Shown here one piece after another: positions 1 through 8,864 of a DNA stretch of 64,000 nt. Where the stretch lies: positions 384,001 to 448,000 of the forward strand of contig CAXXHG010000043.1 in NCBI GenBank assembly GCA_963666315.2, in the 5' to 3' direction. How positions within the stretch are numbered: the stretch's first letter is position 1; the number at the start of each line of letters is the position of its first letter. The notes beneath the pieces were generated by a model. The model worked only from the letters and a program-made list of their open reading frames with translations. It was not told where the DNA came from and did no database searches. The translations under genes were made by a program, and so were the position numbers. Source of the DNA: Candidatus Binatia bacterium (GTDB lineage Bacteria; Desulfobacterota; Binatia; Bin18).

Positions 1-418
1 TCGCGATGTTACCCAAGACCTCTTCTACGATACCCTGAGGGAAGTGTTCACCGTGTATGGCACTGCACGGGCCGGCAATATGGCTAATCTGATGACTGCC
101 GGTCCGGGGGTAATCATGGCAAATCAGGGTGTCGATGCGGAAACCGCCGAAGAAATGGTGAGCCAAAGGCAGGAAAACTGCGGGGAAGGTTTCTTAGACG
201 GCACTGTCGCACGTGGCACCCTCCCAACGATTTTCACCATCGAAAGCGTCGGCTACCTGAACACCGGACGTATCACTCGCAGGCTGTCGGGGGTTGTCCA
301 ACGCACAGGCGGTCAGTCATTCCGCATGCTGCGCTGGCAAGATCGTCTCCCTTCACCCGAACTCCCTATCAAAATCGACGACCAAGGATCAGGGGATGAC
401 GTATATGAGGACTTCTAA
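1..418 (+). CDS. Type II secretion GspK-like protein, C-terminal part (starts before window)
   Basis: Open frame from window start: RDVTQDLFYDTLREVFTVYG...N...A...V and later FTIESVG, resembling the GspK C-terminus. Confidence 0.55.
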   Translation, partial: RDVTQDLFYDTLREVFTVYGTARAGNMANLMTAGPGVIMANQGVDAETAEEMVSQRQENCGEGFLDGTVARGTLPTIFTIESVGYLNTGRITRRLSGVVQRTGGQSFRMLRWQDRLPSPELPIKIDDQGSGDDVYEDF

Positions 419-480
419 TCACGCCTCGTCATACGAGCGTGAACAGCGCCGTTGTGTCCTTTTCACGCCCAGAGTCCCAT

Positions 481-717
481 TCACTTCTCCTCATCGCCCA
501 TTTCAGTTTCGAGTAGCTCTTCTTGTTCTTCGAGGCGCACCTGCAGCGTACTCAGCGCTTCAAACACCGCGCCCACGGCCTCCTGAAAATCGTCCTCAGT
601 GCTGACGCTCCCAGCTGCCACGCGTTCCTCACAATCCCGACTCACGTCTGAAATAGACAGCTTGGCTGATTTCACCAACCCTATCCATTGACCAATAATA
701 GCAAGGGCATCTTCCAT
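481..717 (-). CDS. Small acidic helical hypothetical protein (78 aa)
   Basis: AAGGAG RBS upstream of ATG at 717 (MEDALAIIGQW...GDEEK); divergent from the thiolase. Confidence 0.6.
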   Translation of the reverse strand: MEDALAIIGQWIGLVKSAKLSISDVSRDCEERVAAGSVSTEDDFQEAVGAVFEALSTLQVRLEEQEELLETEMGDEEK

Positions 718-793
718 CCGGCCTGTCTCCTTTCTGTCACACTCATCCCCTGGTAGACTATGCAGCCTAACACCTACAGGAAAGGAGACTCGT

Positions 794-1996
794 ATGCGAC
801 AGGTTGCCGTTGTCGGCGCGGGGATGACCCGCTTTGGAAAACATATGGATCGGAGCATGAAAGACTTGGCCCGAGAGGCAATTGAAAATGCCCTGCAGGC
901 GGCCGGAGTCGAAAAAAACGCCATTGAGGCGGCAGCCGTAGGAAACGCGGTTGCCGGCTTGATCACGGGACAAGAGTGCATCCGTGGTCAGGTCGTACTG
1001 CGCGAACTTGGGATAGGCGGCATTCCTGTGATCAACACCGAGAATGCGTGTGCGAGTTCCTCCACAGCCTTCCATCTCGCCTGGCTCTACGTGGCGTCTG
1101 GCATGTACGACATGGTCCTCGCCCTCGGCATGGAAAAGCTTTTTCATGCCGATAAGAAGCGCACCTTCCAGGCCATAGGTAGCGCAATCGACGTCGAGCA
1201 AGCCGAATCATTTGCCCGGGAGATGAGCGGCGAGCAGAGTGCTGGAGCTGGCAAGTCCCGTAGCGTGTTTATGGATTACTACGCCAACCTCGCTCGTCAG
1301 CATATGGATCGCTACGGTACCACCCAAGAACAATTCGCCCGCATTGCGGCCAAGAACCACACCAACGGCAGCCTCAACCCGCACGCCCAGTATCAAACCC
1401 GCCGCTCCGTAGAAGATGTCTTGTCGGCTCCACTGATCGCCGCGCCCCTGACGCGAATGATGTGTTCTCCGATTGGAGATGGAGCTGCGGCCGTACTCGT
1501 TACGACGGCAGAGAAAGCACGCCAGTTGACGACAAGGCTCGTCTTTGTCAAAGCCTCCAGCTTGGGTTCCAGCAAAGAACACGACCCGGACACCCCTGGC
1601 ATCGTCCCCTCGGTCGCGCACAAAGCGTACGAGCAAGCGGGTGTCGGTCCTCACGACCTGCATGTCGTTGAGGTCCACGACGCCACCGCGCCGGCTGAAC
1701 TACTCATCTACGAAGAGCTGAACCTGTGCCAGCCAGGTGACGGCGGCAAATTAATTGATGACGGAGTAACACAGATCGGCGGCCGTTGTCCTGTCAACCC
1801 GAGCGGCGGTCTGCTGGCCAAAGGACACCCCGTCGGAGCAACTGGAGTTGCCCAGATCTGCGAAATTTACTGGCAGCTTCGGGGTGAAGCCGCACAGCGT
1901 CAGGTTTCCGGAGCAAAAGTTGGACTCACCGAGAACGGGGGCGGTGTCCTAGGAGGGGAAAACGCAGCGGCGTCAATCCATGTTTTTACAGTCTAA
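794..1996 (+). CDS. Thiolase family protein (SCP-x / lipid-transfer type)
   Basis: VVGAGMTRFGK, ENACASSS catalytic Cys, EVHDAT, NPSGGLLAKGHPVGATG; AAGGAG RBS. Confidence 0.93.
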   Translation: MRQVAVVGAGMTRFGKHMDRSMKDLAREAIENALQAAGVEKNAIEAAAVGNAVAGLITGQECIRGQVVLRELGIGGIPVINTENACASSSTAFHLAWLYVASGMYDMVLALGMEKLFHADKKRTFQAIGSAIDVEQAESFAREMSGEQSAGAGKSRSVFMDYYANLARQHMDRYGTTQEQFARIAAKNHTNGSLNPHAQYQTRRSVEDVLSAPLIAAPLTRMMCSPIGDGAAAVLVTTAEKARQLTTRLVFVKASSLGSSKEHDPDTPGIVPSVAHKAYEQAGVGPHDLHVVEVHDATAPAELLIYEELNLCQPGDGGKLIDDGVTQIGGRCPVNPSGGLLAKGHPVGATGVAQICEIYWQLRGEAAQRQVSGAKVGLTENGGGVLGGENAAASIHVFTV

Positions 1997-2006
1997 TACA
2001 TACAAC

Positions 2007-2113
2007 GGAAAAAGGCCCGCAGGAAAAAGGAGGGGAAACCTGCGAGCCTTAAAACATCATCCGGCTGGGGAAATCCTGACGATGAGGACTTAAACGACTT
2101 GATCAAGCCCGCA
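2007..2113 (-). ncRNA. Candidate small regulatory RNA, three stem-loops, C/U-rich loops, intrinsic terminator
   Basis: Own promoter upstream; stems GGGCUUGA/UUAAGUCC, CAUCGUC-GG/CC-GAUGAUG, AAGGCUCGCAGG/CCUGCGGGCCUU followed by a U-run; loops AUUUCCCCAG and UUUCCCCUCCUUUUU. Confidence 0.62.
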
Positions 2114-2119
2114 AGCACA

Positions 2120-2148
2120 AATATACCAGAGATTGGGCTGTTTTACAA
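2120..2148 (-). promoter_or_regulatory. Sigma70-type promoter for the candidate sRNA
   Basis: Minus strand TTGTAA-17 nt-TATATT with TGn extended -10. Confidence 0.62.
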
Positions 2149-2233
2149 GATAAGTTGGTCTGAATTATTTTGTTTCAACTTATAAGTTCCATTTATTTTT
2201 CCATCGTTGCAGCGAGGAGCGCAGAATCCCTGC

Positions 2234-2261
2234 TTGCTCTCCATCTTCATCCGGCTATGAT
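2234..2261 (+). promoter_or_regulatory. Probable native tRNA-Arg promoter, now upstream of the 5'-half tRNA fragment
   Basis: TTGCTC-16 nt-TATGAT about 20 nt upstream of the tRNA 5' fragment. Confidence 0.55.
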
Positions 2262-2278
2262 GCGAAGACACTGTTCAG

Positions 2279-2321
2279 CGTGCCCTCGTAGCTCAGGAGG
2301 ATAGAGCACCGGATTCCTAAT
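2279..2321 (+). repeat. att direct repeat: 43 bp identical to 13735-13777 (5' half of tRNA-Arg CCT through the anticodon loop)
   Basis: CGTGCCCTCGTAGCTCAGGAGGATAGAGCACCGGATTCCTAAT occurs at both positions. Confidence 0.93.
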
Positions 2322-2339
2322 ACTATAACTGCCCGTTAC

Positions 2340-2427
2340 ATGGAGTGATATCAAGTAGTAAAGTAGCATACAGAGCGTACTCACCGTTGCGTTTCTGCCT
2401 TCCTGCTATCTCCTGATATCACTCCAT
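2340..2427. repeat. 14-bp perfect inverted repeat just inside the left att site
   Basis: ATGGAGTGATATCA (2340-2353) and TGATATCACTCCAT (2414-2427). Confidence 0.85.
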
Positions 2428-2448
2428 ATCTCCCGTTATACCATCTGT

Positions 2449-2468
2449 TTGGGCACCCCCTTGGGCAC
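2449..2468 (+). promoter_or_regulatory. Putative integrase arm-type sites (left end)
   Basis: TTGGGCAC x2 at 12-bp period, matching TTGGACAC/TTGGTCAC at 13663-13682. Confidence 0.65.
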
Positions 2469-2880
2469 AACTGTCTGCGCCAATAACGTGTGATTGAGGC
2501 GTGGCGGTACCTATTGACCTAAGGGGGTCAGGAAGTCCGGTCACGTCAAAAGCGGCATTGGCCTGGATTTGCCCATGGGTATGCCCTAACTGGGAGACGG
2601 TGCCGTCAACACGGCAGACCTGCACGCCACCCTAGGCCAGCTACATTCCTACGCTCAGCTAATTGCAGATCGTTGCGTAGTCAGACTTCATTGCGACGCG
2701 GAAGACCAGCCTCAGCAGAGCTTCTAAAAATCCGACCTGGAATTGGTTTGTGAACCCGACGTAGACAGTGAATCACGCAAGTGCACGCAGGGGGCTTTCC
2801 TCATGAACTGGTTTGTATTGCGAATCGATGCAGGACCTTGGTAAGGAAAACTTATGCAACGTCTCGTGTTCGTGCTGTAG

Positions 2881-3300
2881 GTGCCCCTGTTGGTACTCGT
2901 CGTGGGGTTCGCCCAAACAGGGACCTGGGAGCAGTTAGGCTCGAGCTTCGTTGCGGAAGGCTCCGGGGATTACCTGGGGCATTCTGTCGCAATCTCCTCC
3001 GACGGAAATCGTGTGGTTCTGGGAGGACAATACAACGACGGTGCAGGACACAACGCTGGCCATGTTCGAGTGTTCCAGTATGGCGGAACGAATTGGAGCC
3101 AACTTGGCGAAGATCTTGACGGCGAAGCGACAGAAGACCAATTCGGGTACGCAGTTGATCTGTCGTCAACATGGGGTCTCGATACTGGTCTTGCTGCTGG
3201 CGTTGTTCTCATTGGGTGCCGCGGCCGCGTGGGCTCAGTCGGCAGGCTGGACCCAAGTAGGAGACACTTTTGTCGAAGAAGCATGGACGGGTACCCAGCG
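2881..3300 (+). pseudogene. Fragments of secreted FG-GAP/integrin-alpha beta-propeller repeat proteins
   Basis: WEQLG...DYLGHSVAISSDGNRVVLGG...NAGHVRVFQY...WSQLGEDLDGEATEDQFGYAVDLS, then a second signal-peptide-like start ending WTQVG in another frame. Confidence 0.7.
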
Positions 3301-3479
3301 GTCTCATCCATCGAGACTGTTCTGATATATCGCTTTGATGAGTTATGGCGAAACGATATGGCCGCCTGAAGTCGTCAATCGGCGCGGCCACATTGTCTGC
3401 GTGTTTGTTTGGACGGCGCTTGGCATCGATGATGTTCCTCATACGGCTCAAACGTGGAGCGGTCCTGATCTTCCATGGG

Positions 3480-3761
3480 GCGACGCTGATTTACAATGAT
3501 GATATTGTGGAAACTGATCAGGATGTGCCGGTAACGATCCCAGAGGCAGACTTGCTTGCCAATGGTACGGATGTGCACGGAGATAGCCTGAATATTACTG
3601 CAATCGACAAAGCAGTGAAGGGGAGAATCCGTATCAGCGGAAACGGGATCATAAACTTCATGACTGGTCGGCGTTTCTCCGGTGACGGATCCTTTCAATA
3701 CACGATTGATGCTGGCAACGGTGGAACCGATACGGCCACCGTGACGATGTCGAGTCCTTAA
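3480..3761 (+). pseudogene. Cadherin-like/bacterial Ig-like adhesin repeat fragment
   Basis: DDIVETDQDVPVTIPEADLLANGTDVHGDSLNI...FSGDGSFQYTIDAGNGGTDTATVT. Confidence 0.7.
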
Positions 3762-3779
3762 AAAGAAGGAGGAGGTATT

Positions 3780-5039
3780 ATGCGGCCAACGTCATGGGCG
3801 GGAAAAGTAGCCGGCCTTTTTAGCGCTATTTTCGCTGGGATGTGTCTGGCTGCAGCGTTTAGCTATGCGGGAGATAAAGCAGGTATTTCTCAGCCTTTAG
3901 CTGGCTTTTCCGGTCTGCAGCTCGGCTTGTACGAGGCCGGGCTAGAGGAGTTCGAGCGACACTTTCGCGCTCGGGATGGGCTTGGGCCACAATTTAATGA
4001 AAACCCGTGCCATTCTTGCCAAGATGAAGGAGGTATTTCTCAACCTTTAGCTGGCCTTTCCACTCAGCAGCTCGGCTTGTACGAGGCCGGGCTAGAGGAG
4101 TTTGAGCGACGCTTTCGCCGTCAGGATGGGCTTGGGCCGCAATTTAATGGCAACTCGTGCCATTTCTGCCATCGTCAGCCGTCCGTTGGCGGCTCAGGTC
4201 CTCGCTATCGGAGTAATTTCAACTTTGCGCATGGTAGCGATCTGCTCGAACTCGAAGGAGGACCGCTGCTCCAAGTGAAAGCCATCCGTGGGGAACCAAG
4301 AGAACTTATTCCAGCCGCAGCAACAAATTTCTCGCTGCGCAAAGTTCCTCCGCTCCACGGCCTGGGCTTGGCGGAGGCCATTCCAGACAGTCAAATAGAA
4401 GCCGTCGCCACCCAAAACGGTGGAAAAAGTGTCCTCACTGAAGACGGCCATATGCAGCGTTTTGGTTCACAAAATCAGGTCGTTAGCCTCAAACAGTTTG
4501 TCATGGGTGGATTTGCTCGGGAACTTGGCATTACGGAAGACGAAAATCCTGAGATCTCTCAATCTATAGAGAACGTTCTCAACTTTATCCGCTTTCTGGC
4601 TCCACCTCTACGCGGAGAAATAAACGAAGACGTTCTGCGTGGCGAAGAAGTCTTCACACAGATTGGATGCGCTGACTGCCACACGCCTTCATTTACGACT
4701 GCGCCAGGCCCGTTCACCACGGCTAGCGGTGAGGTCGTCGATGTCACGGCTATGCAAAATAAGACGATCATGCCGTATTCAGACTTCCTCCTCCACGACT
4801 TGGGTCTAGGGCTCGACGACGGCGTCCCGTTGCACGGGGGATCTAGCGCAGAATATCGAACCATACCGTTGTGGGGACTCCGCTTCCGCAAAAACAAGCT
4901 GATGCATGATGCCCGAGCAGCCAATTTCCGTCAGATGCTGCTCTTTCATGGAGGTGAGGCAGCGGTAGCGAGAGATGAAGCGATGAGTCTTCCGCGTGAA
5001 GACAGCCAGGCTTTAGAGAAATTTTTAAAGTCGCTCTGA
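3780..5039 (+). CDS. Secreted di-haem oxidoreductase (DHOR / thiol oxidoreductase-like) with an internal 50-aa duplication
   Basis: Signal peptide, DGLGPQFN..SCHFCH, PPLHGLGLAEAIPD, GCADCH, PYSDFLLHDLG, RTIPLWGL, MHDARA; strong GGAGG RBS. Confidence 0.88.
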   Translation: MRPTSWAGKVAGLFSAIFAGMCLAAAFSYAGDKAGISQPLAGFSGLQLGLYEAGLEEFERHFRARDGLGPQFNENPCHSCQDEGGISQPLAGLSTQQLGLYEAGLEEFERRFRRQDGLGPQFNGNSCHFCHRQPSVGGSGPRYRSNFNFAHGSDLLELEGGPLLQVKAIRGEPRELIPAAATNFSLRKVPPLHGLGLAEAIPDSQIEAVATQNGGKSVLTEDGHMQRFGSQNQVVSLKQFVMGGFARELGITEDENPEISQSIENVLNFIRFLAPPLRGEINEDVLRGEEVFTQIGCADCHTPSFTTAPGPFTTASGEVVDVTAMQNKTIMPYSDFLLHDLGLGLDDGVPLHGGSSAEYRTIPLWGLRFRKNKLMHDARAANFRQMLLFHGGEAAVARDEAMSLPREDSQALEKFLKSL

Positions 5040-5245
5040 ATACTAGCTAGCCCATCGGCAACCTGTATGAGGGTCATATCGACGAACCTTAGACCAAAAT
5101 TCGATATGGTCATTTGACCCTCCCTGGATATTTGCTCATCACGAAGACGTTTTTTCTTAATGATCGGGTGCACATGAGGACTACGAAAGGTTTTTCCTCT
5201 TGCCGATGTGTACCCATTGTCATTCAACCATTCTGCTATCTGTTT
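5036..5245 (-). pseudogene. Serine-recombinase recombinase-domain-like fragment
   Basis: IAEWLNDNGYTSARGKTF..V..I pattern; no start codon context. Confidence 0.45.
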
Positions 5246-5399
5246 AAATGTCCAACCCTTGCCTCGAAAGTCTGATACCGGATCGTAAAGAAATTGTTGG
5301 TAATTGGAGTAGAGCGCGACCCATAGAGTTGATGTGCGCAGATTTACGTCGAAGGTTAAAATTGAGCCGAGTCATAATAGTCGATTCACCGCTGTCCTG

Positions 5400-5480
5400 G
5401 ATCGCTTTCTTCCGCACTGGCAGCAGCGGCGGGACGAGCTGAATCGTTTGCCAGTCCGGCATGAGGAGTGGGGATATTAA
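5400..5480 (+). pseudogene. C-terminal remnant of a YgjP/DUF45-like metallopeptidase (commonly next to type I RM loci)
   Basis: DRFLPHWQQRRDELNRLPVRHEEWGY* read directly from sequence. Confidence 0.5.
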
Positions 5481-5677
5481 GTGCGAGCGGCTGGCCATGG
5501 CGTGACGGATAGCGGGAGCGAGTGGCGTTATTGAAACGCGGGGACGGTTCTGACGAAAAGACAGGGTCTCATAACGTCGTGATAGGCCCACACCATAATT
5601 ATTCGAGCTGGGGCGGTTTTGTTGCCGGCGATGAGAACGATGATTCAGAACCTGCAGGAAATTCTTGAGTAGAAGTC

Positions 5678-6403
5678 TTAGTCCCGCCCTGCCTCAATAA
5701 TCTTCTCAGCTAATCCAATCGGATTGGTAAAAATCGCCTCATGGCTGCCCGGCATTTGGACCAGCCGATACAGACCCAAGCGATTTGACATACGTGGATG
5801 CCAGCCCCACTCGCCCGGTGGCAAAGCGATATCTTCGGTACAGTTCAGAAAACTCTTGGGGATGTCTGATGCGTAGAACTTCTTCATGTCGAGCTTGTCG
5901 CGATAGGGCTGGTACGGCTCAGGCGAGAGACGTTCGTAGGCGGATTTGGCGAGTGCTAAATCCGCATCATTAATAAAAGCGTCGCGCCAAATCGGGAACG
6001 GCAATACGATCGTATAATCGTTCGACTCTTTTACTAGCTCATCAAAAAGCTCGTGATAGTGAGATGGAACTTCATCCATCAGACTATTGCCATCCTCACA
6101 CACAAACGCATTCCAAAAGACGAGACGCTTGATCCGTTCCGGGATGGCAGGCGCTACCTGAGAGATAAGGGTGCCACCAAAGCTGTGGCCGACAAGGACA
6201 ATATCTCTCAAGTCTTCTTTAACAATGAAATCAATAATCGACTGCGTACACTGGGCGTGATTGACATTTTTGTCCACGCCTTTGCCATGCCCGGCGATGG
6301 TCGGACCAAAAGCGGTATGGCCTTTCCCTTCCAAATGCGCGATCACCGGCTCCCAGGCCGACCCATCGTGCCATGCACCGTGGACCAAGACAAATAGAGA
6401 CAT
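5678..6403 (-). CDS. Alpha/beta hydrolase (esterase, salicylate-esterase-like)
   Basis: FVLVHGAWH, GHSFGG nucleophile motif, PGSHEA catalytic His; AGGAGG RBS. Confidence 0.92.
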   Translation of the reverse strand: MSLFVLVHGAWHDGSAWEPVIAHLEGKGHTAFGPTIAGHGKGVDKNVNHAQCTQSIIDFIVKEDLRDIVLVGHSFGGTLISQVAPAIPERIKRLVFWNAFVCEDGNSLMDEVPSHYHELFDELVKESNDYTIVLPFPIWRDAFINDADLALAKSAYERLSPEPYQPYRDKLDMKKFYASDIPKSFLNCTEDIALPPGEWGWHPRMSNRLGLYRLVQMPGSHEAIFTNPIGLAEKIIEAGRD

Positions 6404-6586
6404 AGCTATCCTCCTGGGTGCTTTCGTATGACATGCCGATGGGAACTGTCAATGCATCGCCCCCGGCTTCTCCCACCCCAATCAGGATGAGAACAGTGTA
6501 CTGCAGTTCGGTACGTCAGTATCCGGAGGATCACTCAATGTTGCCTCCGGCATAACTTCTTCGGTTAGCGGCGGCAGTGGGAGAAA

Positions 6587-6836
6587 ATGCAGGAAGAAGC
6601 CTCGGCTGTTGACTTCAGCCCTGGTTCCCTCGACCTGTTGGCTGGCTCGGTCGGCAACGACGATGACCGGGCGATACTCGACGAAGAACAATTGCAGGCT
6701 GAAGAGGACGCGCAGTTCGAGGCTGCTTCTGCTGCCACGATGGGACCGATTGAGGATTTGTCGGCCAAGCAATTGTTTGAGCGCGAGCAGCAACTGCTCC
6801 AGGAAATGACAGATATTGCGGAGCCGCCCGCGAGGC
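6587..6836 (+). pseudogene. Internal fragment resembling the acidic linker of SNF2 helicases (DISARM DrmD-like)
   Basis: DDDRAILDEEQLQAEEDAQFEAASAA...REQQLLQEMTDIAE; recalled similarity only, no helicase motifs present. Confidence 0.35.
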
Positions 6837-7571
6837 CTAATCCAGTCCCTGCAGATTCTCAAGAATATCCGCCGGCTCTAGGCGAATGGCATAATTCGCG
6901 TCCACATGAGCAAGCTTGATAGTCCGATCTGTACCAATGACGTAGGTCCCGGGTATCGGGAGCTGCCAGACGGCGCCGCCATTATGATCGGGTAGCTTAA
7001 TTCCTAATGCCGCGTACGCTGTTTGAAGCTCATCAACGAGCCGAAATGCGAGTCCGAATTGCTTGGCCACAGTGTTGCCCACGTCGCTGAGGACCTCAAA
7101 CTTGAGGCCAGTCCTCTCTGCAATGGTGAGCGAGTTATCTGGTGTTTGCGGAGAAATGGCAACCAACGAGGCACCCTTAGCTAGTATCTCCGGCAGATGT
7201 TTTTGGTAAGCCTGCAACTGCGGGTTACAGTACGGTCACCACGCGCCTCTATAAAAGGCGACCACGACGAGCCCTGTGACCAAGAGGTCGGAAAGCGAAA
7301 CGGACTCTTCGCGGACATTGGGTAAGCTGAAATCGGGCGTCGTGTCTCCCACCTTCAAGGCTGTTTTTGCGATGCCGGACTTTACCTGGTCTTCTGTTGT
7401 TCGCACTACAACACCAAGAACTTCTTTGGGTAACTTGGGCAGCATTTCTTTCTGAAATGCTGCAATTTGTTGTTTGAGCTCGCTATCGGGCCCAGTCCGC
7501 GGGACCTTTTTGGTGCAGAACTCAATCATATCCGTAACAATCCCCGCGCCGGGTTCCATTTGACCGCTCAT
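6837..7571 (-). CDS. Peroxiredoxin-like AhpC/TSA-family selenoprotein (in-frame UGA at 7236-7238, W-U-P-Y-C)
   Basis: ORFs 7236-7571 and 6837-7217 share a frame; read-through gives VVAFYRGAW-U-PYCNPQLQAYQ, where homologues have WCPYC; selA and tRNA-Sec are in this window. Confidence 0.85.
7206..7228 (-). promoter_or_regulatory. Candidate bacterial SECIS hairpin
   Basis: mRNA GUAACCCGC-AGUU-GCAGGCUUAC; apical loop begins 16 nt after UGA with G at loop position 2. Confidence 0.55.
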
Positions 7572-7795
7572 AGAAATACACCTTTCCGAAAAGAATGACT
7601 GCAGCTCCGCGAGCTTTGCCGTTTGCGTAGGCGGGTCAGGTTGCTTGCTCCCCGGGCTCTTTTTTACCGATGGGGCTGTCGGTTTCGGAGGAGTTGTGCG
7701 CGATACGGAAGGGACAAAGGCGGACGATGGGCGCGGTTCAGGAACATCACCACTCTCTCCTGGTAGGTTAGTTGGCTGAGGCGGCGTTTCATCTG

Positions 7796-8596
7796 TTACA
7801 TCAGAGGACTTTCCTTTGATTCGGCTACGGTTGACCGCTTGGAAGGAGGCGGTGGGTCAGGCAGGAGTGGGACTGGCTCCTTTGTCTCCCGCTTCGCTGT
7901 CTCTTTATGCTGGACGGGGAGTTGTCCTTCTCCTTCCTTCGGATTGTCTAATTCAGAAGAAGCGTCTGAGGGCGGATCGGGTGGTATAGCGGACAAATCC
8001 TTCGGAATGCCAACAAAGGAAGAATCCTGCTTTGTAAGTCGTTGCCTCTGCACTCCTCCCTCATGAACTGGTGTCCATCCAACGTAGCCTACTACGGCAA
8101 GGGCGAGGAGTCCGGCAGCGCACATGCGTGCATAACGCCAACGGCTCTGAGGTGCTTCAAAGAGCTGTGTCGGAAGTACGATTTTATTGCTCTGGGGCTT
8201 TTTGGTTACATCCGCTTCGAGAAATTGCTCCGATGGAAGGGATGCTGCTGTTAACTTTGTCTCTTCGTCCTGTACGGTTTCTGGGGTAGGGGGTTCTTGC
8301 GAAGGCTCTCGCGATGCTTCCTGATCTTGCTGCGCTCTTTCAATAGGGTCTGTCGTCCCGACAGTGTCGAGTCCTCCCTCGGTGCTGAAGTCGTCATCAA
8401 GCTCTTCGAGCACATTCTTTGCCCTTCCCATTTCTACAGAGAGATCAAAGAGCTTCTGACGGATTTCGACGTGGTGAGAATCAAGAGCGAGTACTGCCCG
8501 GTACTCAGCCTCAGCCTCTTCCAGTCTACCCTCCTGCCTGAGACGCTCACCGTTCTGAATGTGATTAATTAGGGGATCACTCTCCTGGTTTGTCAT
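7796..8596 (-). CDS. TPR + single transmembrane + Pro-rich protein (probably continues by frameshift into the selenoprotein frame)
   Basis: N-terminal TPR (GRLEEAEAEYRAVLALDSHH), TM helix AAGLLALAVVGYVGW, Pro/Glu-rich tail. Confidence 0.65.
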   Translation of the reverse strand: MTNQESDPLINHIQNGERLRQEGRLEEAEAEYRAVLALDSHHVEIRQKLFDLSVEMGRAKNVLEELDDDFSTEGGLDTVGTTDPIERAQQDQEASREPSQEPPTPETVQDEETKLTAASLPSEQFLEADVTKKPQSNKIVLPTQLFEAPQSRWRYARMCAAGLLALAVVGYVGWTPVHEGGVQRQRLTKQDSSFVGIPKDLSAIPPDPPSDASSELDNPKEGEGQLPVQHKETAKRETKEPVPLLPDPPPPSKRSTVAESKESPLM

Positions 8597-8864
8597 GGTG
8601 TTTTTGCTGAGTATTCCACGAAGTTATCTAAGGAAATGGCTCTTCATTCGCCCCGCGACATAATCCCGTCTCCCCGTATTCCATTTCCTATTTTTGCGTG
8701 TATCGGTATCGCAGAAACTGGGGCCGTGCAAGAGAAACGCCCTGCCAGACTTCCATAATCGATTGTAGGTAAGCCCCAGGCTAGATATCGACCCGGTTCC
8801 GGGTCCATTTCATCTGACCCCAGCACTGTTTTGCACCCTTCACATCACCGACCTGTCGAACAAA

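Noticed and set aside
2279-2321. Second tRNA-Arg gene
   Set aside because: Sequence diverges right after the anticodon loop; no T-arm or 3' acceptor strand, so it is an att fragment
2419-2625. 68-aa ORF with QLGH as an integrase remnant
   Set aside because: Only four residues match; no other catalytic motif
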